Assembly (NCBI RefSeq): GCF_035084215.1
Contig: NW_027139264.1
Coordinates: forward strand, 124,001-188,000
DNA from: Heptranchias perlo
Lineage: Eukaryota
Direction: 5' to 3'
Length of the DNA stretch: 64,000 nucleotides
The notes below the pieces were generated by a model. That model ran no database searches and had not been told where the DNA came from. It saw only the letters and a list, made by a program, of their open reading frames with translations. The position numbers were made by a program, and so were the translations under genes. Positions 1 to 13,304 of the stretch are shown piece by piece; position 1 is the first letter of the stretch; each line of letters begins with the position of its first letter.

Positions 1-830
1 GCCCACATGCAGCAAGACCTGGACAACCTGGGCTCATAAATGGCAAGTAACATTCGCCCCAGACAAGTGCCAGGCAATGACCATCTCCAACAAGAGAGAG
101 TCTAACCACCTCCCCTTGACATTCAACGGCATTACCATTGCCGAATCCCCCACCATCAACATCCTGGGGATCACCATTGACCAGAAACTTAACTGGACCA
201 GCCATATAAATACTGTGTCTACAAGAGCAGGTCAGAGGCTGGGTATTCTGCAGTGAGTGACTCACCACCTGACTCCCCAAAGCCTTTCCAACATCTACAA
301 GACACAAGTCTGGAGTGTGATGGAATACTCTCCACTTGCCTGGATGAGTGCAGCTCCAACAACACTCAAGAAGCTCGACTCCATCCAAGGCAAAGCAGCC
401 CGCTTGATTGGCACCCCATCCACCCTAAACATTCACTCCCTTCACCACCGGCGCACTGTGGCTGCAGTGTGCACCATCCACAGGATGCACTGTAGCAACT
501 CGCCAAGGCTTCTTCGACAGCTCCTCCCAAACCGTGACCTCTACCACCGAGAAGGACAAGAGCAGCAGGCACATGGGGACACCACGACCTGCACGTCCCC
601 CTCCAATTCATACACCATCCCGACTTGGAAATATATCGCCGTTCCTTCATCGTCGCTGGGTCAAAATCCTGGAACTTCCTTCCTAACAGCACTGTGGGAG
701 AACCTTCACCACACGGACTGCAGCGGTTCAAGAAGGCGGCTCACCACCACCTTCTCAAGGGCAATTAGGGATGGGCAATAAATGCTGGCCTCGCCTGCGA
801 CGCCCACATCCCATGAACGAATAAAAAAAA
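1..830 (+). mobile_element. 3' end of non-LTR retrotransposon (CR1/L2-group family A), cut by window edge
   Basis: RT C-terminal peptide (IYKTQVWSVMEYSPLAW) near-identical to 8822-9595; ends in ...cccacatcccatgaacgaataaaaaaaa poly(A) tail; contains stops and frameshifts. Confidence 0.9.
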
Positions 831-869
831 GTGTTTATTTTGCTGTGATTTCACATAGTGCTGTGAATT

Positions 870-3800
870 TAGATATAGTGATGTGGATTTAAATATAGCA
901 ATGTCAGTTTATAGATACAGTGGTATGGGTTTTTATATGTAGTGGGGTGGGTTTACATACACAATGGTGTGGTTTTATAGATAGTGGTGTGGATTTATAG
1001 ATACAGTGGTGTGGGTTTATATAGAGTAGTGTGTATTTATAAATATATCTCAAGTTGCATGGATTTATGTGGAGTGGTGTGGGTTTATACATACAATGGT
1101 GCGGGTTTATATACAGTGGTGTGTGTGTGTCTGTATACAGTGGCGTGGGTTTATACATACAGTGGTGTTGGTGCATCGTAGAGTGGGTTTCCGCATAGTC
1201 GTTGGAGTTTGTATACACAATGATGTGGGTTTATAATCACAGTGGTGTGGGTTTCTATATAGAGTGGTGTGGGTTTATAATCCCAGTGGTGTGGGTTCTA
1301 TATAGAGTGGTGTGGGTTTATGTATAGAGTGGTGTGGGTTTATATATAGAGTGGTGTGGGTTTATATATAGAGTGGTGTGGGTTTATATATAGAGTGGTG
1401 TGGGTTTATATCTCGAGTGGTGTGGGTTTATATCTCGAGTGGTGTATGTTTATATATAGAGTGGTGTGGGTTTATATACAGAGTGGTGTGGGTTTATATA
1501 TAGAGTGGTGTGGGTTTATGTATAGAGTGGTGTGGGTTTATGTATAGAGTGGTGTGGGTTTATATATAGAGTGGTGTGGGTTTATATATAGAGTGGTGTG
1601 GGTTTATATATAGAGTGGTGTGGGTTTATATATAGAGTGGTGTGGGTTTATATACAGAGTGGTGTGGGTTTATATCTCGAGTGGTGTATGTTTATATATA
1701 GAGTGGTGTGGGTTTATATATAGAGTGGTGTGGGTTTATATCTCGAGTGGTGTATGTTTATATATAGAGTGGTGTGGGTTTATATATAGAGTGGTGTGGG
1801 TTTATATACAGAGTGGTGTGTGTTTATATATAGAGTGGTGTGGGTTTATATATAGAGTGGTGTGGGTTTATATATAGAGTGGTGTGGGTTTATATTTTGA
1901 GTGGTGTGGGTTTATATATAGAGTGGTGTGGGTTTATATATAGAGTGGTGTGGGTTTCTATATAGAGTGGTGTGGGTTTATGTATAGAGTGGTGTGGGTT
2001 TATATATAGAGTGGTGTGGGTTTATATATAGAGTGGTGTGGGTTTATATATAGAGTGGTGTGGGTTTCTATATAGAGTGGTGTGGGTTTATGTATAGAGT
2101 GGTGTGGGTTTATATATAGAGTGGTGTGGGTTTATATATAGAGTGGTGTGGGTTTATATATAGAGTGGTGTGTGTTTATATATAGAGTGGTGTGGGTTTA
2201 TATATAGAGTGGTGTGGGTTTATATATAGAGTGGTGTGGGTTTATGTATAGAGTGGTGTGGGTTTATATATAGAGTGGTGTGGGTTTATGTATAGAGTGG
2301 TGTGGGTTTATATATAGAGTGGTGTGGGTTTATGTATAGAGTGGTGTGGGTTTATATATAGAGTGGTGTGGGTTTATATATAGAGTGGTGTGGGTTTATG
2401 TATAGAGTGGTGTGGGTTTATATATAGAGTGGTGTGGGTTTATGTATAGAGTGGTGTGGGTTTATATATAGAGTGGTGTGGGTTTATGTATAGAGTGGTG
2501 TGGGTTTATATATAGAGTGGTGTGGGTTTATATATAGAGTGGTGTGGGTTTATATATAGAGTGGTGTGGGTTTATATATAGAGTGGTGTGGGTTTCTATA
2601 TAGAGTGGTGTGGGTTTATATATAGAGTGGTGTGGGTTTATATATAGAATGGTGTGGGTTTATGTATAGAGTGGTGTGGGTTTATATATAGAGTGGTGTG
2701 GGTTTATATATAGAGTGGTGTGGGTTTATATATAGAGTGGTGTGGGTTTATATATAGAGTGGTGTGTGTTTATATATAGAGTGGTGTGGGTTTATATATA
2801 GAGTGGTGTGGGTTTATATATAGAGTGGTGTGGGTTTATATATAGAGTGGTGTGGGTTTATACATAGAGTGGTGTGGGTTTCTATATAGAGTGGTGTGGG
2901 TTTATGTATAGAGTGGTGTGGGTTTATATATAGAGTGGTGTGGGTTTATATATAGAGTGGTGTGGGTTTATATATAGAGTGGTGTGGGTTTATATATAGA
3001 GTGGTGTGGGTTTATATATAGAGTGGTGTGGGTTTATATATAGAGTGGTGTGGGTTTATGTATAGAGTGATGTGGGTTTATATATAGAGTGGTGTGGGTT
3101 TATATATAGAGTGGTGTGGGTTTATATATAGAGTGGTGTGGGTTTATATATAGAGTGGTGTGGGTTTATATATAGAGTGGTGTGGGTTTATATATAGAGT
3201 GGTGTGGGTTTATATATAGAGTGATGTGGGTTTATATATAGAGTGGTGTGGGTTTATATATAGAGTGGTGTGGGTTTATATATAGAGTGGTGTGGGTTTA
3301 TATATAGAGTGGTGTGGGTTTATATATAGAGTGGTGTGTGTTTATGTATAGAGTGGTGTGTGTTTATATATAGAGTGGTGTGGGTTTATGTATAGAGTGG
3401 TGTGTGTTTATATATCGAGTGGTGTGGGTTTATGTATAGAGTGGTGTGTGTTTATATATAGAGTGGTGTGGGTTTATATATCGAGTGGTGTGTGTTTATG
3501 TATAGAGTGGTGTGGGTTTATATATAGAGTGGTGTGGGTTTATGTGTCGAGTGGTTTGGGTTTATAATCACAGTGGTGTGGGTTTATATATAGAGTGGTG
3601 TGGGTTTATGTATAGAGTGGTGTGGGTTTATATATAGAGTGGTGTGTGTTTATATATAGAGTGGTGTGGGTTTATGTATAGAGTGGTGTGGGTTTATATA
3701 TAGAGTGGTGTGGGTTTATGTATAGAGTGGTGTGGGTTTATATATAGAGTGGTGTGGGTTTATGTATAGAGTGATGTGGGTTTATGTATAGAATGGTGTG

Positions 3801-4232
3801 GGTTTATATATCGAGTGGTGTGTGTTTATGTATAGAGTGGTGTGGGTTTATATATAGAGTGGTGTGGGTTTATGTGTCGAGTGGTTTGGGTTTATAATCA
3901 CAGTGGTGTGGGTTTATATATAGAGTGGTGTGGGTTTATGTATAGAGTGGTGTGGGTTTATATATAGAGTGGTGTGGGTTTATGTATAGAGTGATGTGGG
4001 CTTATATATAGAGTGGTGTGGGTTTATGTATAGAGTGGTGTGGGTTTATATACAGAGTGGTGTATGTTTATATATATGGAGTGGTGTGGGTTTATATATA
4101 GAGTGGTGTGTGTTTATATACAGAACGTTATGTGCTTATCTGTCGATTGGTTTATATTTATATATGGAGTGGTTTGTGTTTATCTATAGACTGGTGCCTG
4201 TTTATGTATAGAGTGGTGTGTGTTTATATATA
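870..4232. repeat. 22-bp minisatellite (gagtggtgtgggtttatatata)n, about 150 units, degenerate edges
   Basis: Direct 22-bp periodicity; an internal variant block is duplicated at 330-bp offset (about 3480 and 3810). Confidence 0.97.
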
Positions 4233-4282
4233 GTGTAAGGAGGCGCACAACACCAGGTTATAGTCCAACAGCTTTATTTGAA

Positions 4283-4322
4283 ATCACAAGTTTTCGGAGC
4301 ATTGCTCCTTCGTCAGGTGAAG
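4283..4322 (-). ncRNA. Minimal hammerhead ribozyme of Penelope pLTR (stem III palindrome mutated)
   Basis: Minus strand reads tcac-CTGACGA-a-ggagc aat gctcc-GAAA-actt-gtga: conserved core, stem II, stem I tcac/gtga. Confidence 0.8.
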
Positions 4323-4494
4323 TGAAGAGATGCATCTCGGCACAGCATATATAGTCAGAGAACAACGCCTGGTGATTACAGATAATCTTTCCAACTGCCC
4401 TTTATCACACCTCGGCAGAGAGATAATCACAGCATCAAAGGAGTGAATGCTGTTCAAACAGGTTAGTCAGGGAAACATTACATCCAAGAATATA

Positions 4495-5322
4495 AATTGG
4501 GCCAGTGGGCCGATGAATGGCAGATGGAGTTTAATTTAGATAAATGTGAGGTGATGCATTTTGGTAGATCGAATCAGACCAGGACCTACTCCGTTAATGG
4601 TAGGGCGTTGGGGAGAGTTATAGAACAAAGAGATCTAGGAGTACAGGTTCATAGCTCCTTGAAAGTGGAGTCACAGGTGGATCGGGTGGTGAAGAAGGCA
4701 TTCGGCATGCTTGGTTTCATTGGTCAGAACATTGAAGTTGTACAAGACATTAGTACGGCCACACTTGGAGTACTGTGTACAGTTCTGGTCACCCTATTAT
4801 AGAAAGGATATTATTAAACTAGAAAGAGTGCAGAAAAGATTTACTAGGATGCTGCCGGGATTTGATGGTTTGACTTACAGGGAGAGGTTAGACAGACTGG
4901 GACTTTTTTCCCTGGAGAGGAGGAGGTTTAGGGGTGATCTAATAGAAGTCTATAAAATAATGAGGGGCATAGATAAGGTAGATAGTCAAAATCTTTTCCC
5001 AAAGGTAGGGGAGTCTATAACGAGGGGACATAGATTTAAGGTGAGAGGGGAGAGATACAAAAGGGTCCAGAGGGGCAATTTTTTCACTCAAAGGGTGGTG
5101 AGTGTCTGGAACGAGCTGCCAGAGGCAGTAGTAGAGGCGGGTACAATTTTGTCTTTTAAAAAGCATTTGGACAGTTGCATGGGTAAGATGGGTATAGAGG
5201 GATATGGGCCAAGTGCAGGCAATTGGGACTAGCTTCGTGGTATAAACTGGGCGACATGGACATGTTGGGCCGAAGGGCCTGTTTCCATGTTGTAAACTTC
5301 TATGATTCTATGATTTGATTCT
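4495..5322 (+). mobile_element. 5'-truncated CR1 LINE inserted into the Penelope pLTR
   Basis: RT C-terminus (LYKTLVRPHLEYCVQFWSP...GYGPSAGNWD) and (ttctatga) tail; possible aata TSD. Confidence 0.93.
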
Positions 5323-6231
5323 AATACTGTGGTGGGGTCACAAGGGGTCAAATGTAGCAGATGCTGGGGTTTGTATTGAAAACAGATAACCTTTTTTTTC
5401 GCTGGAAATTGCAGCTGGTCCGGCCGCATCTGTGTATGGAGAACAAGCCAACTACGACTTGAGTCTGGATGACTCTACGTCAGGTGGGGTTACATGTAGC
5501 GTGACATGAACCCAAGATCCCGGTTGAGGCCGTCCTCGTGGGTGCGGAACTTGGCTATCAATTTCTGCTCGACGATTTTGCGTTGTCGTGTGTCTCGAAG
5601 GCCGCCTTGGAGAACGCTTACCCGAAGATCGGAGGCTGAATGTCCTTGACTGCTGAAGTGTTCCCCGACTGGGAGGGAACCCTCCTGTCTGGCGATTGTT
5701 GTGCGGTGCCCGTTCATCCGTTGTCGCAGTGTCTGCATGGTCTCGCCGATGTACCATGCTCTGGGGCATCCTTTCCTGCAACGTATGAGGTTGACAACGT
5801 TGGCAGAGTCACAGGAGTATGAACCATGTACCTGGTGGGTGGTGTCCTCTCGTGTGATGGTGGTATCTGTGTCGATGATCTGGCATGTCTTGCAGAGGTT
5901 GCCATGGCAGGGTTGTGTGGTGTCGTGGTCGCTGTTCTCCTGAAAGCTGGGTAATTTGCTGCGAACGATGGTCTGTTTGAGGTTAGGCGGCTGTTTGAAG
6001 GCGAGTAGTGGAGGCATGGGGATGGCCATAGTGAGGTGTTCGTCGTCATCGATGACGTGTTGAGGGCTGCGAAGAACATGGGGTAGTTTCTCCCCTCCGG
6101 GGAAGTACTGGACGACGAAGGGTACTCTGTTGGTTGTGTCCCATGTTTGTCTTCTGAGGAGGTCTATGCGATTTTTCGTTGTGGCCCGTTAGAGCTGTCG
6201 ATCGACGAGTCGAGCGTCATATCCCGTTCTT

Positions 6232-7269
6232 ATATATGGATTATATATACAGTGGCGTGGGTTTACACATAGAGTGGTGTGGGTTTATATATAGAGTGGT
6301 GTGGGTTTATATATAGAGTGGTGTGGGTTTATATATAGAGTGGTGTGGGTTTATGTATGGAGTGGTGTGGGTTTATATATAGAGTGGTGTGGGTTTATAT
6401 TTAGAGTGTTGTGTGTTTATCTATAAAGTGGTGTGTGTTTATATATAGATTGTTATGTGCTTATCTATAGAGTGGCATGTGTTTATATCTCGAGTGGTTT
6501 GTGTTTATCTATTGAGTGGTGCGTGTTTATATATAAAGTGTGTGTTTATATATGGAGTGGTGTGTGTTTATCTATAGATTGTTATGTGCTTATCTATAGC
6601 GTGGTGTGGGTTTATGTATATAGTGGTGTGTGTTTATATGTGGAATGGTGTGTGTTTATCTATGGAGTGTTGTGGTTTCATATATAGAGTGTTGTGGTTT
6701 TATATATAGAGTGGTGTGGGTTTATATATAGAGTGGTGTGGTTTTATATATAGAGTGGTGTGGGTTTATATATAGAGTGGTGCGGGTTTATATATAGAGT
6801 GGTGTGGGTTTATATGTGGAATGGTGTGTGTTTATCTATGGAGTGTTGTGGTTTTATATATAGAGTGTTGTGGTTTTATATATAGAGTGGTGTGGGTTTA
6901 TATATAGAGTGGTGTGGGTTTATATATAGAGTGGTGTGGGTTTATATATAGAGTGGTGTGGGTTTATATATAGAGTGGTGTGGGTTTATATATAGAGTGG
7001 TTTGGGTTTATGTATAGAGTGGTGTGGGTTTATATATAGAGTGGTGTGGGTTTATATATAGAGTGGTGTGGGTTTATATATAGAGTGGTGTGGGTTTATG
7101 TATAGAGTGGTGTGGGTTTATGTATAGAGTGGTGTGGGTTTATATATAGAGTGGTGTGGGTTTATATATAGAGTGGTGTGGGTTTATATATAGAGTGGTG
7201 TGGGTTTATATATAGAGTGGTGTGGGTTTATATATAGAGTGGTGTGGGTTGATATATAGAGTGGTGTGG
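6232..7269. repeat. Continuation of the 22-bp minisatellite (about 47 units)
   Basis: Same unit; the variant gttatgtgcttatct occurs on both sides of the Penelope insertion. Confidence 0.95.
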
Positions 7270-9658
7270 CCGAGTCCTGAAGGACATTGCTGCCAGACTG
7301 GGCCTGCGGCAGGTGGTGAGCGAATCAACACGAGGGAAAACCTTACTTGACCTCGTCCCACCAATCTACCTGTCGCAAATGCATATGTCCATGACAGTAT
7401 TAGTAGGAGTGACCACCACACAGTCCTCATGGAGATGAAGTCCCGTCTTCACACTGAGGACACCATCCAACGTGTTGTGTGGCACTATCACCGTGCTAAA
7501 TGGGATAGATTCAGAACAGATCTGGCAGTTCAGAACTGGGCATACATGAGGCGCTGTGGGCCATGAGCAGCAGCAGAATTGTATTCCAGCACAATCTGTA
7601 ACCTCATGGCCCGGCATATTCCTCACTCTACCATTACCAACAAGCCAGAGGATCAACCCTGGTTCAATGAGGAGTGTAGAAGAGCATGCCAGGAGCAGCA
7701 CCAGGTGTACCTAAAAATGAGGTGCCAACCTGGTGAAGCTACAACTCAGGACTACATGCATGCTAAACAGCGGAAGCAACATGCTATAGACAGAGCTAAG
7801 CGATTCCACAACCAACGGATCAGATCAAAGCTCTGCAGTCCTGCCACATCCAGTCATGAATGGTGGTGGACAATTTAACAACTAACGGGAGGAGGAGACT
7901 CTGTAAACATCCCCATCCTCAATGATGACAGAGTCCAGCACGTGAGTGCAAAAAACAAGGCTGAAGCGTTTGCAACCATCTTCAGCCAGAAGTGTCGAGT
8001 GGATGATCCATCTCGGCCTCCTCCCGATATCCCCACCATGACAGAAGCCAGTCTTCAGCAAATTCGATTCACTCCACGTGATATCAAGAAACGGCTGAGT
8101 GCACTGGATACAGCAAAGGCTATGGGCCCCGACAACATCCCAGCTGTAGTGCTGAAGACTTGTGCTCCAGAACTAGCTGCGCCTCCAGCCAAACTGTTCC
8201 AGTACAGCTACAACACTGGCATCTACCCGACAATGTGGAAAATTGCCCAGGTATGTGCTGTCCACAAAATCCAATCTGGCCAATTACCGCCCCATCAATC
8301 TACTCTCAATCATCAGCAAAGTGATGTAAGTCATCGACAGTGCTATCAAGCAGCACTTACTCACCAATAACCTGCTCACTGATGCTCAGTTTGGGTTCCG
8401 CCAGGACCACTCAGCTCCAGACCTCATTACAGCCTTGGTCCAAACATGGACAAAAGAGCTGAATTCCAGAGGTGAGGTGAGAGTGACTGCCCTTGACATC
8501 AAGGCAGCATTTGACCGAGTGTGGCACCAAGGAGCCCGAGTAAAATTGAAGTCAGTGGGAATCAGGGGGAAAACTCTCCAGTGGCTGGAGTCATACCGAG
8601 CACAAAGGAAGATGGTAGTGGTTGTTGGAGGCCAATCATCTCAGCCCCAGGGCATTCCTGCAGGAGTTCCTCAGGGCAGTGACCTAGGCCCAACCATCTT
8701 CAGCTGCTTCATCAATGACATTCCCTCCAAGATAAGGTCAGAAATGGGGATGTTCGCTGATGATTGCACAGTGTTCAGTTCCATTCGCAACCCCTCAAAT
8801 AATGAAGCAGTCTGAGCCCGCATGCAGCAAGACCTGGACAACATCCAGTCTTGGGCTGATAAGTGGCAAGTAACATTCGCACCAGACAAGTGCCAGGCAA
8901 TGACCATCTCCAACAAGAGAGAGTCTAACCACCTCCCCTTGACATTCAACGGCATTACCATCGCCGAATCCCCCACCATCAACATCCTGGGGGTCACCAT
9001 TGACCAGAAACTTAACTGGACCAGCCATATAAATACTGTGGCTACAAGAGCAGGTCAGAGGCTGGGTAGTCTGTGGCGAGTGACTCACCTCCTGACTCCC
9101 CAAAGCCTTTCCACCATCTACAAGGCACAAGTCAGGAGTGTGATGGAATACTCTCCACTTGCTTGGATGAGTGCAGCTCCAACAACACTCAAGAAGCTCG
9201 ACACCATCCAAGATAAAGCAGCCCGCTTGATTGGCACCCAATCCACCACCCTAAACATTCACTCCCTTCACCACGGGCGCACCGTGGCTGCAGTGTGCAC
9301 CATCCATAGGATGCACTGCAGCAACTCGCCAAGGCTTCTTCGACAGCACCTCCCAAACCCGCGACCTCTACCACCTCGAAGGACAAGAGCAGCAGGCACA
9401 TGGGAACAACACCACCTGCACGTTCCCCTCCAAGTCACACACCATCCCGACTTGGAAATATATCGCCGTTCCTTCATCGTCGCTGGGTCAAAATCCTGGA
9501 ACTTCCTTCCTAACAGCACTGTGGGAGAACCGTCACCACACGGACTGCAGCGGTTCAAGAAGGCAGCTCACCACCACCTTCTCAAGGGCAATTAGGGATG
9601 GGCAATAAATGCCGGCCTCGCCAGCGACGCCCACATCCCATGAACGAATAAAAAAAAA
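7270..9658 (+). mobile_element. 5'-truncated LINE family A (end of endonuclease region, RT, poly(A) tail), inactivated
   Basis: RT motifs LDIKAAFDRV, GVPQGS, FADD in broken ORFs 7579-9595; same 3' end as 1-830. Confidence 0.93.
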
Positions 9659-9735
9659 CAAGATAAAAAGGCATTGAGGATGGTTAAAACAACAACAACT
9701 TGCATTTATATAGCGCCTTTAATGTAGTAAAATGT

Positions 9736-11877
9736 TGCCAAGAAGAGTACTAAGCCTGAGGATTGGGAGAGTTTTAGAAACCAGCAAAGGATGACCAAAA
9801 AATTGATAAGAAGGGAGAAAATAGAATATGAAAGTAAACTATTAAGAAATATAAAAACAGATTGTAGGAGCTTCTACAAGTGTGTAAAAGGGAAGAGAGT
9901 AACAAAAGTAAACGTTGGTCCCTTAGAGGCTGAGACTGGAGAAATTATAACGGGGAATCAGGAAATGGCAGAGACGTTAAACAAATATTTTGTATCTGTC
10001 TTCACAGTAGAAGCATGTCAGAAATAGTGGGGAATCAAGGGGCTAATGAGAGTGAGGAACTTAAAGTAATTAATACTAGAACTAGGGGGCATAATCTTAG
10101 AATAAGGGGCTGCTCTTTCAAAACTGAGATGAGGAGAAACTTCTTCACTCAGAGGGTGGTAGGTCTGTGGAATTTGCTGCCCCAGGAAGCTGTGGAAGCT
10201 ACATCATTAGATAAATTTAAAACAGAAATAGACAGTTTCCTAGAAGTAAAGGGAATTAGGGGTTATGGGGAGCGGGCAGGAAATTGGACATGAAGCTGAG
10301 TTCGGATCGGTCAATGCCCTGTGGGTGGCGGAGAGGGCCCAGGGGCTATGTGGCCGGGTCCTGCTCCGACTTCTTGTGTTCTTTAGATTTGTGGTTGGGA
10401 TCAGATCAGCCATGATCTTATTGAATGGCGGAGCAGGCTCGAGGGGCCGATTGGCCTACTCCTGCTCCAATTTCTTATGTTCTTATGTTCTTATCAGTAG
10501 AGAAAAACTACTGGAGAAACTAATGGGACTAAAAGCCAATAAATCCCCTGGACCTGATGGCCTACATCCAAGTGTTCTAAAGAGGTGGCTGTGGAGATAG
10601 TGGATGCATTGGTTATGATCTTCCAAAATTCCCTAGATTCTAGAATGGTCCCAGTGGACTGGAATGTAGCAGATGTTACCCCGCTATTCAAGAAAGGAGG
10701 GAGAGAGAAAACAGGGAACCACAGACCAGTTAGACTGACATCAGTCGTCGGAAAAATGCTGGAATCCATTATTAAGGAAGCGGTAACAGGGCACTTAGAA
10801 AATCATAATATGATTAGGCAGAGTCAACATGGTTTTATGAAAGGGAAATAGTGTTTGACAAATGTATTGGAGTTTTTTGAGGATGTAACTAGCAGGGTAG
10901 ACAAAGGGGAACCAGTAGATGTAGTATATTTGGATTTTCAAAAGGCATTTGATAAGGTGCCACATAAAAGGTTGTTACACAAAATATGGGCTCATGGGGT
11001 TGGGGGTAAAATATTAGCATGGATAGAGGATTGGTTAATGGACAGAAAACAGAGAGTAGGGATAAACGGGTCATTCTCAGGTTGGCAGGCTGTAACTAGT
11101 GGGGTGCTGCAAGGATCAGTGCTTGGGCCTCAGCTATTTACAATCTATATTAATGACTTAGATGAAGGGACCAAGTGTAGCATATTGAAGTTTGCTGATG
11201 ACAAAAAGCTAGGTGGGAAAGTAAGCAGTGAGGAGGACACAAAGAGTGTGCAAAGGGATATGGAGACTTAAGTGAGTGGGCAAGAAGATGGAGTATAATG
11301 TGGGGAAATATGAGGTTATTCACTTTGGTAGGAAGAATAGAAAAACAGAATATTTTTTAAATGGTGAGAAACTATTAAATGTTGGTGTTCAGAGAGACTT
11401 GGGTGTCCTCATACAAGTGACACATAAAGTTAGCATGCAGGTACAGCAAGCAATTAGGAAGGCAAATGGCATGTTGGCCTTTATTGCAAGGGGGTTGGAG
11501 TACAAGAATAAGGAAGTCTTGCTACAGTTGTACAGGGCTTTGGTGAGACCTCACCTGGAGTATTGTATACAGTTTTGGTCTCTTTATCTTAGGAAGGATG
11601 TACTTGCCTTGGAGGCAGTGCAGTGAAAGTTCACTGGATTGATTCCTGGGATGAGAGGGTTGTGAATCTTTGGAATTCTCTACCCCAGAGGGCTGTGGAT
11701 GCTGAGTCATTGAGTATATTCAAGGCTGAGATCGATAGATTTTTGAACTCTCGGGGAATCAAGGGATATGGGGATCGAGCGGGAAAGTGGATTTGAGGTT
11801 GAAGATCAGCCATGATCTTATTGAATGGTGGAGCAGGCTCGAGGGGCCGTATGGCCGACTCCTGCTCCTATTATTCT
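9736..11877 (+). mobile_element. 5'-truncated CR1 LINE inserted into the L2 3' end
   Basis: RT motifs YLDFQKAFDKV and FADD; stem-loop tail ctcctgctccta; TSD taaaatgt 9728-9735 / taaaacgt 11878-11885. Confidence 0.92.
10074..10491 (+). mobile_element. Short CR1 3' fragment nested in the CR1 above, with duplicated 3' UTR
   Basis: RTRGHNLRI...GYGERAGNWT followed by (ttcttatg)n tail; host CR1 resumes at atcagtagagaaaaa. Confidence 0.88.
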
Positions 11878-13304
11878 TAAAACGTCCCATGGCGTTTCAC
11901 AGGAGCGATTATCAAACAAAATTTGACACCGAGCCACATGAAATATTAGGACAGGTGACCAAAAGCTTGGTCAAAGAGGTAGGTTTTAAGGAGCATCTTA
12001 AAGGAGGAGAGAGAGGTGGAGAGGCGGAGAGGTCTTGGAAGGAATTCCAGAGCTTAGGGCCGAGGTAGCTGAAGGCATGGCTGCCAATGGTGGAGCGATT
12101 AAAATCGGGGATGCACAAGAGGCAAGAATTTGGAGAGCGGAGAGTTTTTGGATGGCTGTAGGGCTGGAGGAGGTTACAGAGAGAGGGAGGGGTGAGGCCA
12201 TGGAAGGATTTGAAAACAAAGATGAGAATTTTAAAATCGAGACTTTGCCAGACCGGGAACCAATGTAGATCAACGAGCACAGTGGAGTTGGGTGAACGGG
12301 ATTTGGTGTGAGTTAGGATACGGGCAGCAGAGTTTTGGATGAGCTCAAGTTTGTAGAGGGTGGAAGATGGGAGGCTGGCCAGGAGAGCATTGGAATGGTC
12401 AATTCCAGAGTTAATAAACATAGATGAGGGTTTCAGCAGCAGATGGGCTGAGGTAGGGGCGGGGACGGGCGGTGTTACGAAGGTGGAATTAGGTGGCCTT
12501 GATGATGAAGCAGATATGGGGTCAGAAGTTCCTCTCAGGGTCAAATAGGACGCCAAGGTTGTGAAGGTCTGGTTCAGCCTCAGACAATGGCCAGGGAGAG
12601 GGATGGAGTCGGGGGTCTAGGGAACGGAGTTTGTAGAGTCATAGAGTTATACAGCACGGATAGAGGCCCTTCGGCCCATCGTGTCCGCGCCGGCCATCAA
12701 GCCCAGTCTCATCTAATCCCATATTCCAGCATTTGGTCCGTAGCCTTGTATGCTATGGCATTTCAAGAGCTCATCCAAATGCTTCTTGAATGTTGTGAGG
12801 GTTCCTGCCTCCACAACCCTCTCAGGCAGTGAGTTCCAGACTCCAACCACCCTCTGGGTGAAAAAGTTCTTTCTCAAATCCCCTCTAAACCTCCCGCCTT
12901 TTACCTTGAATCTATGCCCCCTTGTTATAGAACCCTCAACGAAGGGAAAAAGCTCCTTAGTATCCATCCTATCTGTGCCCCTCATAATTTTGTACACCTC
13001 AATCATGTCCCCCCTCAGCCTCCTCTGCTCCAAGGAAAACAAACCCAATCTTCCCAGTCTCTCTTCATAGCTGAAGCGCTCCAGCCCTGGTAACATCCTG
13101 GTGAATCTCCTCTGCACCCTCTCCAAAGCGATCACATCCTTCCTGTAGTGCGGCGACCAGAACTGCACACAGTACTCCAGCTGTGGCCTAACCAGTGTTT
13201 TATACAGCTCCATCATAACCTCCTTGCTCTTATATTCTATGCCTCGGCTAATAAATTGTAAACAATTTTACAACACCAAGTTATAGTCCAGCAATTTTAT
13301 TTTA

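Larger units (their letters stand above)
4234..6230 (-). mobile_element. 5'-truncated Penelope-like element (GIY-YIG region plus pLTR), interrupted by a CR1 fragment
   Basis: ORF 5490-6029 with GIY-YIG motif (LIRC...WYIGET) closely similar to 13590-14790; pLTR with hammerhead at 4283-4322. Confidence 0.92.
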
